Of a stretch of DNA of 64,000 nucleotides, positions 25,896-39,514 are shown one piece after another. Made by a program: the position numbers and the translations under genes. The notes beneath the pieces were generated by a model, which worked only from the letters and a program-made list of their open reading frames with translations, ran no database searches and was not told where the DNA came from. Every line of letters begins with the position of its first letter. Position 1 is the first letter of the stretch. Where the stretch lies: assembly GCA_951406725.2 (NCBI GenBank), contig OX597820.1:57970001-58034000 (forward strand), written 5' to 3'. This DNA comes from Octopus vulgaris (Eukaryota).

Positions 25896-26829
25896 GTAAG
25901 TTTCCACGCCTGTTGATCATGTCTATATAGAATTGTGTGTGTATATGTATGTCAACGCCAACTTTAGTGATTGATAGTAGTTTTTGATAAGAGTCTACAA
26001 GAGTCTGCAGTATGTGTGAGTGTGTCAGTAACATTGTATAGTTAGTTAGTGGATGTAGTCGCCAAATATTTTTGTAGTTGTTGACTGCAGTTAGCCTGAG
26101 GGTAACATCTAAATGTCATCTCTGATGTGATCCCCTTGCGGAAGCTAAGCGGCAACTGTTGAATGAACCACTCGTTGGTTATTTTTATAAATAGAGTTAA
26201 AAGGATGAGTTAGGAACTGTCGAGTCAAGTTAAGTCGAACTAACACTTCTGATCAGTCAAACGATACCAACAAAAGCATTTCTTTGTTTCTATACAAGGA
26301 AACATACAATGATCAAAAGTATCAGTCGACTATATATATATTTTGTTTTACTGTTAAGCATCACTACACACGATGAGCTTTCTAGTCAGTAAATTGGAAG
26401 TTCAGGTTTCCAATCCGAACAGAACTCTCGTTTCAAGCACATTTGTTTTCAACGCTATTCAAACCACAATCATCTTCTATGACAATCATACTTCTTCACA
26501 TTATCCAATGTACTCACTCTTACAAAAAAAAACCCCAAAAAAACTGAGATGTGTAACTTGCGGAAGGTTTGGCTTTTATTTCTTGCAAGTCAAATTATCA
26601 CGTAGAAGCTCCCCTATTGGCTCTTAACAAAGACCTGAGTATAGTAATGTGGATTCATTTGCAGTTCCTCTAAATAATACTTTGAAGGTAGAACTTTTTG
26701 GACAAAGCCAATGATAGAGCCTCTTCCGCAGTCTTTCAACCTGCTACTTCCAATTCTGTCGTTTTGTGTAAGGAAAGAACACGAGATTTTGTTCTTTTAA
26801 TTATATCTACAAAAAAGAAAAATGACAAG

Positions 26830-27014
26830 TAAGGCGTGGCTGTGTGGTAAGAAGCTTGCTTCCCAACCACATAGTTCCGGATTCAGTCCCACTGCGAGAT
26901 GCTTTGGGCAAATGTCTTCTACTATAGCCTAGGACCGACCAAAGACTTGTGAGTGGATTTGGTAGACGGAAACTGAAAGAAGCCCGTCGTATATATATAT
27001 ATATATTATATATA

Positions 27015-27072
<58 letters not shown>

Positions 27073-27279
27073 TCTCTTTTATATATATTCTACTTATTAT
27101 ACAACATTACTTTTTTTGTGTACACTTTTTTATGTACATTCCTTTATGTACACTGATTTGTTCTACTTTTTATATCTAACCCTACAGTCTCTTATGTGGT
27201 GGTTTAATAAAGTATGTGATTGAGTATTATCTGGTAATTGATATTTGATTTAGATGTATTTCTCCATTTTCTTATGTTG

Positions 27280-27347
<68 letters not shown>

Positions 27348-27552
27348 TCTGTTTGTCCCCCACCATCACTTGACAACTGGATTTGGTGTGTTTACACCCC
27401 TGTAACATTAGCGCTTCGGCAAAAGATAACGAACGAATAAGTACTAGGTTTCAAGAATAATATCCCAAGGTCGATTTGCTCGACTAAAACTCTTCAAGGC
27501 GGTGCTACAGCATGGCCGCAGTGAAATGACTGAAGCAAGTAAAAGATAAAAG
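26830..27552 (+). mobile_element. SINE family B with an unrelated insert (27065-27279) in its internal (TA)n
   Basis: GGCGTGGCTGTGTGGTAAGAAGCTTGC head, (TA)n/(TG)n middle, tail ending GTAAAAGATAAAAGA. Confidence 0.88.
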
Positions 27553-28039
27553 ACGGAAGATGATATTTTTTGATCTTAGCTCTGCTCGAACGCATCTGAC
27601 TTGCACCTAAACAGCGATCCTTTTTAGTAAACGTTTATCGCCCAAACATTTTCTTTCAATTTCATTAATTTATTTTTTCAGCTCATATTTTCTTGCAAAA
27701 TCCTCCAGTAAATAAGTTCGAATGAATTTGCATTGCTGAGAACTAAAGATAAAAATATATAATTTCCCATCAAAATTTTCTATTTAGTAAACGGTACGTT
27801 GAAAAAAAAATTGTTCATTAACATTTTTACCAACACAACTCCCATATAATATTTCATAAGAGAAAATGTTTAATAAGTCGAGAGATAAGTTGTTTTTTTT
27901 CTCTTTCTCTCCTTTGGGTAATTTACATGCTCATTTAAAAAAAATTTTTAAGTCTAAAAAGGAACTCTATTTATTCCACCTATATTATCCAAATGATATC
28001 GGTATTATGTTTACAATTTCCCTAAGATTAAACCCTCAC

Positions 28040-28370
28040 CCCGTGCAATGCGTCCCCTACAAAGGTCGAGATCACATCACATGAGAACATCGCGACTCAA
28101 TTTCTTCACTGCAAACGGTCCTGCTCTTTTCAATGTTATCCCGAAAGAAATTAAAGTAGAATAAGACCCCACAACTTTCAAACCGTACCTGGACAAATTC
28201 CTCCAGGAAATACCGGATAAACCACCTACACCTGGATATGTCTCAACCAAGAACAACTCTCCGTTTGAATAGGCCATGGTGTACCGAGATAACTAAAAGA
28301 CTTTTGCAGGTGGTGCTATTGAGTTAGTCATGGTCTGGGTCGATAATGGCCAAAACCAATCTAAGTTTTC
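28040..28370 (+). mobile_element. CR1/L2-group LINE 3' end
   Basis: NFFTANGPALFNVIPKEIKVE*DPTTFKPYLDKFLQEIPDKPPTPGY matches the F..R.P.L(F/W)N.LP...F...LD.FL C-terminal motif. Confidence 0.8.
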
Positions 28371-28469
28371 TAAATCCCCTTTATATTAAGATTTGAACTT
28401 TAAAGCCTTCGAAGATACACTGATAAGCAGTAGGCTTTGGAACTATCATCTGTATAGTATGTTTTTTTT

Positions 28470-28892
28470 ATTTCTTTTACTTGTTTCAGTCAATTGACTG
28501 CGACCATGCTGGAGCACCGCCTTTAGTCGAACAAATCGACCCCAGGGCTTATTCTTTGTAAGCCTAGAACTTATTCTGTCGGTATTTCTTGCCGAACTGC
28601 TAACTTACGGGGACGTAAACACACCAACATCGGTTGTCAAGCGATGGTGGGGTGACAAACAGAGACGCACATACATACATACAATATACATACATATATA
28701 TATACATATATATGTATATATATATATTATTCGACAGGCTTGTTTCAGTTTCCGTCTACCGAATCTACAAGCAAGGCTTTGGTCGGTTCGAGGCTATTGC
28801 AGAAGACATTTGCCGAAGGTACCACGAGGTGTGGTTGAACCCAGAACCATGTGGTTGTGAAGCAAACTTCTTACCACACAACCACTCCTACG
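28470..28892 (-). mobile_element. SINE family B
   Basis: Full tail, (TA)n middle and head in reverse orientation. Confidence 0.88.
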
Positions 28893-29499
28893 TCTATATA
28901 TAAAAATTAAAAAATTAATTCGTAACTGCGCGATAATAACTCTAGTTCTATCATAGAAACAAGAATCGTAGGCAGCAGCGAATGATCAAGAAATAGAGAG
29001 ATTGGGTTAAAATGGGGTGAGAAAGGGTAGGGCGAGAGAGCGAGAGGAAGAGGTAAAAAGAGCGAGAGGAAGAAGGAGAGAGGGCAAGAAGAAGTGGGAG
29101 TGACAGCGAGAGTAAGAGGAAGAGACAGCGAGACAAAGAGGGAGAGGGGGATTAGAAGAAGGGAGCGGCAGGTTTCAAAACTTTTTTTTTACGATAAGCG
29201 AACAAAGGATCATCTTATATGTTCACTTTGACTTGCTAGAAATGTGTGTGAATGCGTCTTTGCGTTTAGTACTGTACTTGTCCTCCACCATCTCTTGACA
29301 AGCAGTGTTGGTTTGTTTACATTCCCGTAATAGCACTATAACTTTATAAGTGTCATTAATGGGACTCTAGATTACTTTCCCTTTTTTTTGGTCTGAAATT
29401 AAAGGCTTGTAGTTTATTGAGACCCTTCAAGACCAGCAGTGACAGAAAATACATATGCAAGGGAAGAAAAAAATCGGTATGGTAGATAGTGTAGGACTC

Positions 29500-30800
29500 C
29501 AGGAAAGTGTATAACATGCGAAGAAGGAAGAGAAGAGATGAGCAACTTAGAAGTGCTTGTGTTGGGGTGGTAGGAGACAAGCTATCGCTCAAGAGCAGTG
29601 ACCAGTGTTGTTGTGGTAGAAAGCTAGAGGAGAAGACAGCATATTTGTGAGTCAGAGGAGAGAAATACGTATTAATGAATTTATGCTAATCAAACGAGTA
29701 CTGGATGCAGTGGAGGATGAATGTCCGTGTGTGCAGCAACAGCACCGTCCTAAATCTGGCAGCAATATTCTTATGTGGATTGTGTCTGTATTTCGTTGAG
29801 GGTCGCTAATTGTTGAGCGGTGAAACATTTTCTAGCTCTAAGAAGGCCTATCTTTGGGATTCAGTTTTTCGAAAAATAATAAAGTGCGTTTCCCAGACGT
29901 CCTTAGTAACAGTGCAGCCTAGAATGTGAGGGTTTTAGTTTTATGTTGTTCAAGTTCAGGGGGCGTGAAATGCAATAATGATATGAGCAGTGTTTTTTTT
30001 CCCCTTTTTTTGCTATTGAAGGAAATAAAACTGGAAGGACAGCAAATGATGTTTCCGAGCTTGCTGCTCATGGAGCTAATACCGATTGGTTGTGAGATGC
30101 AAAGGTTACAGAAAGATGATGTTTGGATGCAAAAGGTTGAGGAGGGGTAAAGTGTGGTATCGTCAACGTATGAGTGGGTGGTGTTGACTGTTAGAGTAAG
30201 TAGATTCCCATGGTTGACAGAGTATGCGTCTGAGAGTGTTCCATCAGCACACGTCCAGCAGGAGGCCACTAGTCCAAGGGATAAGAAACGGAAGAGATCC
30301 ACTGGTAGGTTGTTTTAATTAGAGATGCCCAGTATTGACAGAATTGAAACCTTTCCTGATATCGAAGAAAATAAATCTATTGATGACTATAGCTCTTTAG
30401 TGAGTGACAAAGTACTCCAATATATCTGGCTTTACGAAATCGTACAGATGGTCATTAAAGGAGGAGTAATTTAACGGTTTGAAAAAGATCAGTGATAACA
30501 GCTGTCTCCTGCGATTTTGAGATATTAGAAATGAGCATGATAAATTGATAATTGACAGGGTCAGAACAGTTGCCCTTCGTGAGAATGAGACACGCTAAAA
30601 TTTGTTCCCAAAGGTCGGGATGTATCTTTACAGACATAAGGGTAAAGATCATTTGAAGAGTTTGTTGAGGATAGGGTTAGCTCTAGAGTCCACTGAGGGT
30701 ATTGTAAAGAATGCTGAATGCCCCATTGAACCTATTAGTTTGAAATAGCCGGATGTTGTTTCGCAGGTGGTGTGTGCGTGATGGTGAACCTGGTGGAATG
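29500..30800 (-). mobile_element. Decayed CR1/L2/Jockey-group LINE reverse transcriptase
   Basis: LILTKGNCSDPVNYQFIMLISNISK (KKG..xDPxNYRPISL motif) and HSYVDDTTLY (YADD motif) in the correct order on the minus strand, with many stops and frameshifts. Confidence 0.75.
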
Positions 30801-31473
30801 GAAAGGACAGCTGAAGATTTGCCGTGTGTGTGTGTGTGTGTGTGTGCGTGTGTGTGAAATAGTAATTATGTATTATGCTACTAACTCAATAGCAATTTCT
30901 CGTAACCGACGGATCAACTGGAACTGCGTGGATTAGTGGCTACGGTTTTCAGCTCACGATAGTAAAGTCATGAGTTCGATACACACCATCGTGTTGTGAC
31001 CTTTAGCAAGACACGTTATTTCGCATTGCTCCAGTCTGCTCAGCTGGCAAAAAATAAGCTGTATTTGTATTTCAAAGGGCCAGCTTTGTCACTTCACACA
31101 ATCTCCCTGAAAACTACGTTAAGGTTACGCGAGTCTGTGGAGTGCTCAGCCATTTACATCTTAATTTCAAGAGCAGACTGTAACCGACGGGGTGGCAGTA
31201 GAGCAATCTATAGGCGCTGGATTTCACAAAACGAGAATGGAGTATACCACAGATACGGGTGTTTTTAACATCATCCTCAACCAGACTAAGTGTAACGAAG
31301 CTGGGCCTTTGAGTTACAATTTCAATCTGTCCCATGACCTTCAGCCAAATATCCGTTTTCTCAATTTTCATCCACGGCTGAAATAAATGATATGTTTAAG
31401 AGATGCCGAGCAGTGGTATCGAACTTGGAACCCCGTGACTGCGAATATTCCACCATACTCGCACGCAGAAGCA

Positions 31474-31516
<43 letters not shown>

Positions 31517-31585
31517 ACATACATATGCATAGACACATATAAGCACACACAAATCCACACACGCACATACACGTAAACACAGAAG

Positions 31586-31650
<65 letters not shown>

Positions 31651-32025
31651 TTACACACGTTGGCGCCAGTTTAAAAAAAAAAGTAAAAATACTTACGCCT
31701 CCATAGATTTCAGCACGGAATATTTCTTGTATGTATAAGTGCGTGTATATGTGTGCGTGCTGGTTTGTATAATGCGTGCGTTAGTTTCTATCTGTAATAT
31801 GTATGCGATGAGTGTGGAGTGGGGAAGATAAAAAAATAATAAAATAAAGTGGTGGGTGGGTGTTAAATACAGAAAGAGAATCAGAGAAGTAAAATAGATT
31901 TGAATGGGTTGAGAAGATGGTAATATCTTGAAGGTGTTTCAACTACCCAGCTTACTTTACAGTAAGTTGATAGAGATGGAAGTCAACTTGACTCTGCCCA
32001 CTGATGTATGTATGTATGTATGTAA

Positions 32026-32063
<38 letters not shown>

Positions 32064-32612
32064 ACACACACACATATATCTATATATACACATGCAAATA
32101 TATATACATGTATATGTATATATATACATACTCACACACACGCACACACAAGTGCACACCCACAGACATATATAATCAGAATAACCCCAATTCTAACGAA
32201 TCACAGACGACTTTCCAGCAATTTTCTAAAAAGAGCGGGAGGAGAGAGAGCGAGATAAATAGACACACACATACACACATACACACACACACACGTGCAT
32301 ATACACACTCAAACTTACACATATACGTTTATATTTACGTCGGTATTTATAGAAATATATTTGATTTATTGACATTATATCCGTTTCTAAAGAACATCTA
32401 TTGGTATTTGGGAGCAACTCCAACCGTAAAGAGGAAAGTTCCCTAAAATGGACAGACCATTGCGGAAAAGGGGGAAAGAAAATCTGATTGCCTAGAGGCA
32501 CGATAACAGCCGTGAGCACGTGTGCCATCAGGACAGACGTTGCCATATATTGCTTGGACTAGATAGGATACTAAGACAAAAACAAAAAAACGCCTTTACG
32601 ACATAGGTTATT

Positions 32613-32648
<36 letters not shown>

Positions 32649-32699
32649 TGTCTGTGTGGCTGTGTCATCTATGTATATAAGAATTTATAATAAAATGAA

Positions 32700-33425
32700 T
32701 TGGGGCGCATGGGGTGCCTGTGTGAAGTAGTAGTTCTGACGGGGGAACGTGTGGTGCTCTTCGGAGTAGTTCGTCCGCTTCTTTCCTCATCGTTCATTCA
32801 GTTCTCATCTATGGTTCATCGAAGTCGTCTGCATGAAACAACGGCTAGGCACTGAGAAACGACTTCCACACGCCAGCTAAACCATGGTAAGATAAGCTGA
32901 CGGCTCTCAAATCCTCAAGCTAGTGCATGTCAACATATGTACGTGAAAACTGAACCCAGACAACTGTGCGGAGAAAATCACAAGATTGGTTCAATGGACA
33001 TGATGGAGTAGCAGAAATCGCTGTAAAGCGCGAACAGGGCACAGTAAGACACGAAGAACAGTGTGGTCATCCACTGCATCTCGACCTATCTCTAGTCGTT
33101 TTGACTTCGTCCTGCCACTGGCATTAGATAGGAAGGGATAAGAGAGTCAGATACATGACGTTGCGAAACCTCTTCTAAATTTAATCCATGTCATGCGCAG
33201 GTCAAAACATGACGCCATCCCTAACCCACTTTCAAGTCCTGTGGCAATGGACGAATGACAAACAAAGTAGCAGGTATGGATGCACTGAAAGCTACAATCA
33301 CAAACCTACACACAGGCTGGCCGGGGCATAGGGTCGTTACCCACTGGAACGAAGCAGCAGTAGTACTGGGTTACCCACTGGATGTCCTTGGTCATCGTCG
33401 ACAACGACGAACTAAGAAATAAAAA
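32700..33425 (+). mobile_element. Internally deleted RTE-like element (5' UTR, short coding remnants, 3' end)
   Basis: GC-richer segment with LKLVHVNICT (endonuclease-start-like), RRKSQDWFNGHD (QDWFDEND-like) and a terminal TGGTCATCGTCGACAACGACGAACTAAGAA hairpin resembling RTE 3' ends. Confidence 0.5.
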
Positions 33426-33939
33426 TAAATGCTGTGACGTACATTTCATTTCGCGTCATACGACGCCCAGGATAGTTTCTAACTTTAGATCGAGATCGTG
33501 AATCCCCTTAATATCTTTAGCAAGCAAGTGTAATGATAAAATTAATACATGCATAATCCCTAAAGTGGTATTTTGACAGTGTTTATGGTAATTTAAAAGC
33601 AAACTGGGAAATTATAGCTGTATCCTGACCAATGATTAAATATACAAATTCATATTTACTAGTATGACATTGACAACAAATGAATATAATATTAAAAGGC
33701 ATATCAGTCAATGGAAATATGCTACGAGCAAGCGGATAACAAGAGAAATATTCAGGAGAACTCTCATTCTGCGCTTACCTACATGAGAAGAAACAAATTT
33801 GTATCAAAGAGAATGCCACCAACAAGGCATCTCTCCACACTCTAACACAGTTTTGACACGTTAATTCTTGACATTCTAAGGCAGCCGTACCCACCTGGGT
33901 CATGACACCGAGGTGTCGTTCTGGTGTTCCTGAAATGCT

Positions 33940-34139
33940 AGTTTTAGTGGGAATTGGGTGAGAAACTTTCTTCCCAACCATGTGGTCTTGCTTCCTTGGG
34001 TTTAGCCTCACTGTGCGGCACATTGGGTGCCTTGTGCTATCGCCCCGGGCCGAGCAAAGCATCGTGAGTGGATTTGGCGGAAGGAGATTGAAGAAAGCCA
34101 GTCGAATGTGTGTGTGTGTACGTGTACGTGTGTGTGTGT

Positions 34140-34208
<69 letters not shown>

Positions 34209-34400
34209 CTTTGGCTGTGATTGTGTTGTGTTTGTCTACGACCAGTGTTTGACAATTGGTATTGGAATGTTTACGTCTTCTCAGCGGTTCGACAGAAGAG
34301 GGAGATAAGTACCAGGTTTAAACATAAATATTGGGGTCAATTTGTTCGACTAAACTCTTGAAAGCAGTGCCCCAGCATGACAGTAGTTCACTGACCAAAT
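33940..34400 (+). mobile_element. SINE family B, diverged and 3'-truncated
   Basis: GTGAGTGGATTTGG, internal (TG)n and GCAGTGCCCCAGCATG motifs. Confidence 0.75.
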
Positions 34401-34571
34401 ACCAGTGGACTTCCCTACGCCGATGCCTCCTTTATAAACTGGATTGTTTACCCGTTGATTTATATTTTAGCACATAACCATTAATGTGGTATGCTTCACT
34501 TAAATATACACTGTTCTTAATTATGTATCTACCTATCTATCTTACCTATCTGCCTATCTATCCTCTCTGTT

Positions 34572-34820
34572 CAATTGCGAGTTCAATTCCAGGCAGTGCC
34601 TTGAATAAATAATAATAATAACAACAACAACAACAACAACAACAATAATAATAATATTAATAATAACTTCAGCTAAAAAAATACTTTAGGAATGAAAACC
34701 CAGGGTTGCGTTCGAAATTCTACCAGGACTTCTGATGAAGGCTGGAGAGTAAATCAGCCGAAACGATGTGGTAACAACAAACAAGATGAGGACACATATC
34801 CGTCCAATGTAAATAATGAA
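34572..34820 (+). mobile_element. Short repeat with B-box-like motif, (AAT/AAC)n spacer and decayed hammerhead ribozyme motif
   Basis: GAGTTCAATTCC at 34579; CTGATGA (34732) A GGCTG-loop-CAGCC GAAAC (34760); homologous to 62601-62728. Confidence 0.7.
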
Positions 34821-34821
34821 C

Positions 34822-36012
34822 TTTATTTCAGCATAAATATGTATTTGAATAAACATTTATGCAATTAGTCTTGATAATGATTTTTTAAGCAAAGTATTCT
34901 ATGAAATCGTCTTCGGCTTCGATGATTCCTTCAATGCGGGCCCGAAAACGCTGGCATGCTGACACTATATGGTTCTTAGTTATTTCGGATAACACCTGGA
35001 CGACGGAAGCCTTCAGTGAAGCTATGGTATTATGAGGATGACGATGAGTCTCCCTTTCAACAGCGCTCCACACGTAGTAGTCCACGGCGTTGAAATCTGG
35101 CGAGTTTGGAGGCCAGCATATTGGATGCTACATAATCGAAAAGATTGTTTGACAACCATTCTTGGGTGCCTAGGGTTGTGTGAGAAAGTGATGAACCTTG
35201 TTGAAACACGTATGGACCTCCATTGCATATTTCATCAATCCAGGGCTTGATAACAGTTTCCAGTATCTCAGTATATCCTGCAGCATTAATTCTAGGACCC
35301 CGTGGAAAAATGCGGGGAGGCATCACATGACCTTTGCTACTCACCATTTCTAAAACCATCACAGTTGCTGGAAATTTCGTGTGCATCCCTCTGGGTACAG
35401 CAGAAGGCTCTGAACATAACCACCTGTCATTTCTTGTTAGACTTTTGATCGTGGGACAAAAACCGAAGCATTCCTTGTTCATGAGAGTTTTTTCACTTTG
35501 TTAATTAAGCGTTTTGAACGGATGAGACAGTTTTCCTGTGTCTTTGCATACACGAAATGGCCTTTCCTCATTACATAAGACTTGTACCAAATGTCACGAT
35601 GTACACAATTCTGATAGAGTACTCTGACACCCGGAATTCTTTGGCAATAGACCTCATTGATCTTTTGGGGTTTTTCATTGATAATGTATAGAACATGCAT
35701 AAATTCCAGTGTCCCTTTAGTGTCTTAGCGTTGTGAATGATTTTTCTCTTTGATGCAGATGAAACAATACCATCACATGCCCCCAATTCCAACCGAACTT
35801 TGTGTACAAATGATCTTGCTACATTTAGGAAGTTGCTAATTTCTAAATAACTGTGGTTTACGAGTATAGCAACTATGACTGCGTGTCTTTTTATTTCTTG
35901 AGTTAGCATGACATCTTGAAGGGATTATCTGAAACGCAAAAATGATACATTAAATAATTTGAAGGTGTAATGAACTAAAAACGAAATGTTTTCAAATACC
36001 CCTCACACTTTG
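34822..36012 (-). mobile_element. Decayed DD37D (maT-type) Tc1/mariner transposon
   Basis: Frameshifted transposase from MLTQEIKRHAVIV (35909) through NDRWL, KFPATVMV, YVFQQ(G) and WPPNSPDFNAVDYYVWS to GIIEAEDDFIE; 37 residues separate the second and third catalytic positions after correcting one inserted base; 5' end CAAAGTGTGAGG abuts TA; 3' TIR missing. Confidence 0.92.
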
Positions 36013-36953
36013 TATATATATACATATATATATATATATGCTCGTGTAGAACGTACACGTGCATGTGTAAGTCAGACATACACGTGTTCGACATAATACG
36101 GCGTAGTTGATTAAACATGAAGCGTATTATCTTCAAAGTGCTCAATAAATAATTGAATATCAGTTAGAAATTACAGAGCTAAGACATTTATCTAAATTTA
36201 AATGTCGATCAAAGTTTAGGAACACAGAAAATATTACACAAAACATATATTATCAAAGCGAAACGTTGCTGCAACACAACCTGCTTAGTCAGCCGATTTT
36301 CAAAACAGAGAGGGAGAGTAATGCAAGATTTATGGCTAAAGGCACACGAAGCCTTTTGTTTGTCACAAGACTGGATAGGACAAGCGCATGGAACAAATGA
36401 AACCAAATCCTTAGTGGAGCAATAATTATTTTTCTTGATGCAGGAATTATCCCCAAATGAAATAATTGCGGTTTAAAACTGTGTGATTAATTCGAGTAAA
36501 CACCAAGCATATTATCATAAAAGTGTTCAATATGTAATTCATTGTATGTAAACAAATTTAGAACTGCAGCATATATACACATACATATACTTTTGATATA
36601 TTCGTATATACTTATATATAAATATATATGTATACATATGCATAGCTATGCACACACGCTCACACACCCACACCCACACCCACACACACAAATAAACACT
36701 CACACCCAAATATGCATTACACCACTGATAAACACACAATGAAAGAAGATCTGAATGGAATCCAAATAAGCCATTGGTAACTACAGAAGTGTGAAATCTG
36801 TTAAGAATTAATACTAAATAAGAGATGTAAACATAGTTAAGTAACAGATGTTTAATGCCACCCATATCATTCATATAACACAGACACATAAATATCATAT
36901 GTGTCCGTATATGAGTATACACACATATATAAATATACATGCAAACATATAGA

Positions 36954-37011
<58 letters not shown>

Positions 37012-37380
37012 CATACGCGCACTACAAATATATATTTGTTAAGAGTGACGGACGCAATTTTAGTTCAAATTAGCATTCTGTATATCATACATAACGCAGA
37101 TATATGTAGAAACACTTGAGACTGCGTTATTCGTCTCGAAAAAGCATCTCGTATAAACGTATTATGTTTAAAAGAAAACACAGAAATATTTCATCGGCAG
37201 ACGAAAAGTCCAAAGCAGTTGTGGCGGAATTGCTGAATCCGTATCTTACAATAAATTTAGAGGCTGTCTCGAGACGAATACTGCAATTTCTAGGCTTTCT
37301 ACAGCATACTTGCGTTAAGATGATATACAGAATGAGAAGATATATAAGTATGTGTGTGTGTGCTCTATACACGCACACAA

Positions 37381-37444
<64 letters not shown>

Positions 37445-37856
37445 CTGGTTGCAGTCATTGGACAGCAGCTAAAATGTAACAAGTCGACCGCAGTACTTAT
37501 TTCTAAAGTCTGGTTCTTCATTCTCTTTTTGCCGAGCCACTATGTTGCGGGGACGTAAACAAGTCAACACCGTTTGTGAAGCAGTCGTGGAGGTGAAACA
37601 TGAAGCTTCGTCTACTCAGGGTTTTAGTAGAAGATATCTGCTCAATGTGCCACGTAGTGGGACTGAATTTGATTGGGAAGCAAGCATTTTATCACACAGC
37701 CCTTCCTGCGCCTACTTACATGAGTAAAAAGAAATTTTTATCCAAGAGAAGGCCACCAACTTGGACTGGTAGAACTTGACATCAGTGTTGCGCAAGCGTT
37801 ACTGTCAGAACACAAAGGGCCAGAAGTGATACAGCATCTATCTCCACGCTCTAACA

Positions 37857-38595
37857 CAGTGGTTCTCAACCACAGTCTACACGGTACTTGAGGGTTCATA
37901 TTTTGTTTATACAATCAAATAATTAAAAAAATCGAAATTATGTATGTCCGTCTAGGACCCCTGTACCCCAGTCTACATTTGCTCTACACAGGCATATTAT
38001 ATCTTCTTAGAAAGAGGACGATCCCGGGATTCAAAATTTGCCCTTCATTTGGTTCTTAAACATCCAGCATTGGGATCTGATCTAAAAACATTTGAGTTGC
38101 TATTTCTAGCTGGCAAAGCTTGTTTTATTCACGCCACCTTGGCTAGCGTTTGTCAGATGGTGTTAGAGATCAAGGAGAGATAAATGACATTTGCTTAGTT
38201 AATTTTATGTCGAGATAAGAACTTTGGGATAAATTGGCCAACAATTGGAATCCAACTTGGGACTCGAACAATTGAGTGATTGCATTACATAATTAATTCT
38301 CATCCGTCCTTAACCCCTGTTCAAATACCACCGGGACATATTGTCATTAAAGACGTATTATAGTCATGATATTTAGCTCTCTGTATAGTTTTGGGCTACA
38401 GGTCCATTTAGATCTCCGCAGGAGCTAGGCTCAAAACCGCGCAGAGTGCAGCTTTTGAGATAGTTCCTGATAATATTTAATTCTAAAAATATAATGGAAG
38501 TTTTTAAAAACATCGAATGGATATGAGGATCCACCCAAGTAAAATAGGAATGAAAGGGGTCCATAGCCAAAGAAAAATATGGTTGAGAACCATTG
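37857..38595. mobile_element. hAT (Charlie-like) MITE ends enclosing other decayed sequence
   Basis: CAGTGGTTCTCAACCA ... TGGTTGAGAACCATTG inverted termini; flanking 8-mers CTCTAACA / ATTTAATA match only 5 of 8. Confidence 0.65.
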
Positions 38596-38824
38596 ATTTA
38601 ATATTTCCTACCATCCATTGTAGCCCTGAATTGATATATTTTTATCGACGCCAAAAACATGAAGAGCAAAATTCGACCTCGCCGAGTTTGAAACTCACAG
38701 TTTAGAGAACCTCTACGAATATCTACACGAAATTTTCGCCAATGCTGTAACAACTCTTTGAAATCTTTGGTAGTTGCTGTAAGTTAAATACACGTTTATT
38801 ACCTTCATATAGGTACACTTTAAT

Positions 38825-38998
38825 CTTTTACTTGTTTCAGTCATGATGGAGCACCGCCTTTAGTCAAGCAAATCGACCCCAGGAATTATTCTTTGTAAGC
38901 CTAGTACTTATTCTATCGGACTCTTTCGCCGAACCACTCAGTTACGTGGACGTAAACACACCAGCATCGGTGTTGGGGGGAAAAACACAGACACACAA

Positions 38999-39029
<31 letters not shown>

Positions 39030-39195
39030 TATATATATATATATACGTTTCCGTCTACCAAATCCACTCACAAGGCTTTGGTCGGCCCGAGGCTATAGTA
39101 GAAGACACTTGCCCAAGGTGACACGCATTGGGACTGAACCCGGAACTATGTGGTTGGTAAGCAAGCTACTTACCACTCAGCCACACCTGCGCCTT
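38825..39195 (-). mobile_element. SINE family B
   Basis: Family tail, (CA)n(TA)n middle and head in reverse orientation. Confidence 0.88.
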
Positions 39196-39404
39196 TATAT
39201 GAAATTTATTCTTTGTGGTTTTATAATTCACGCAGACTTGGGTCGTAGTCCCAACTAATTTCCAATTACTTGTAGAGCACACTCAATGAATAAATAAGCC
39301 GACGAGATGTGCTGTGTAATATTCATGCGCGTCTAATTACCACACAGACACACACACAGACACACACACACACATACGCATGCATGAATGCAGTTTATGT
39401 GTGT

Positions 39405-39471
39405 GTGTATTATATATATATATATATATATAATTCTATGCACACAAATAAATTATACATACATGTATATG

Positions 39472-39514
<43 letters not shown>

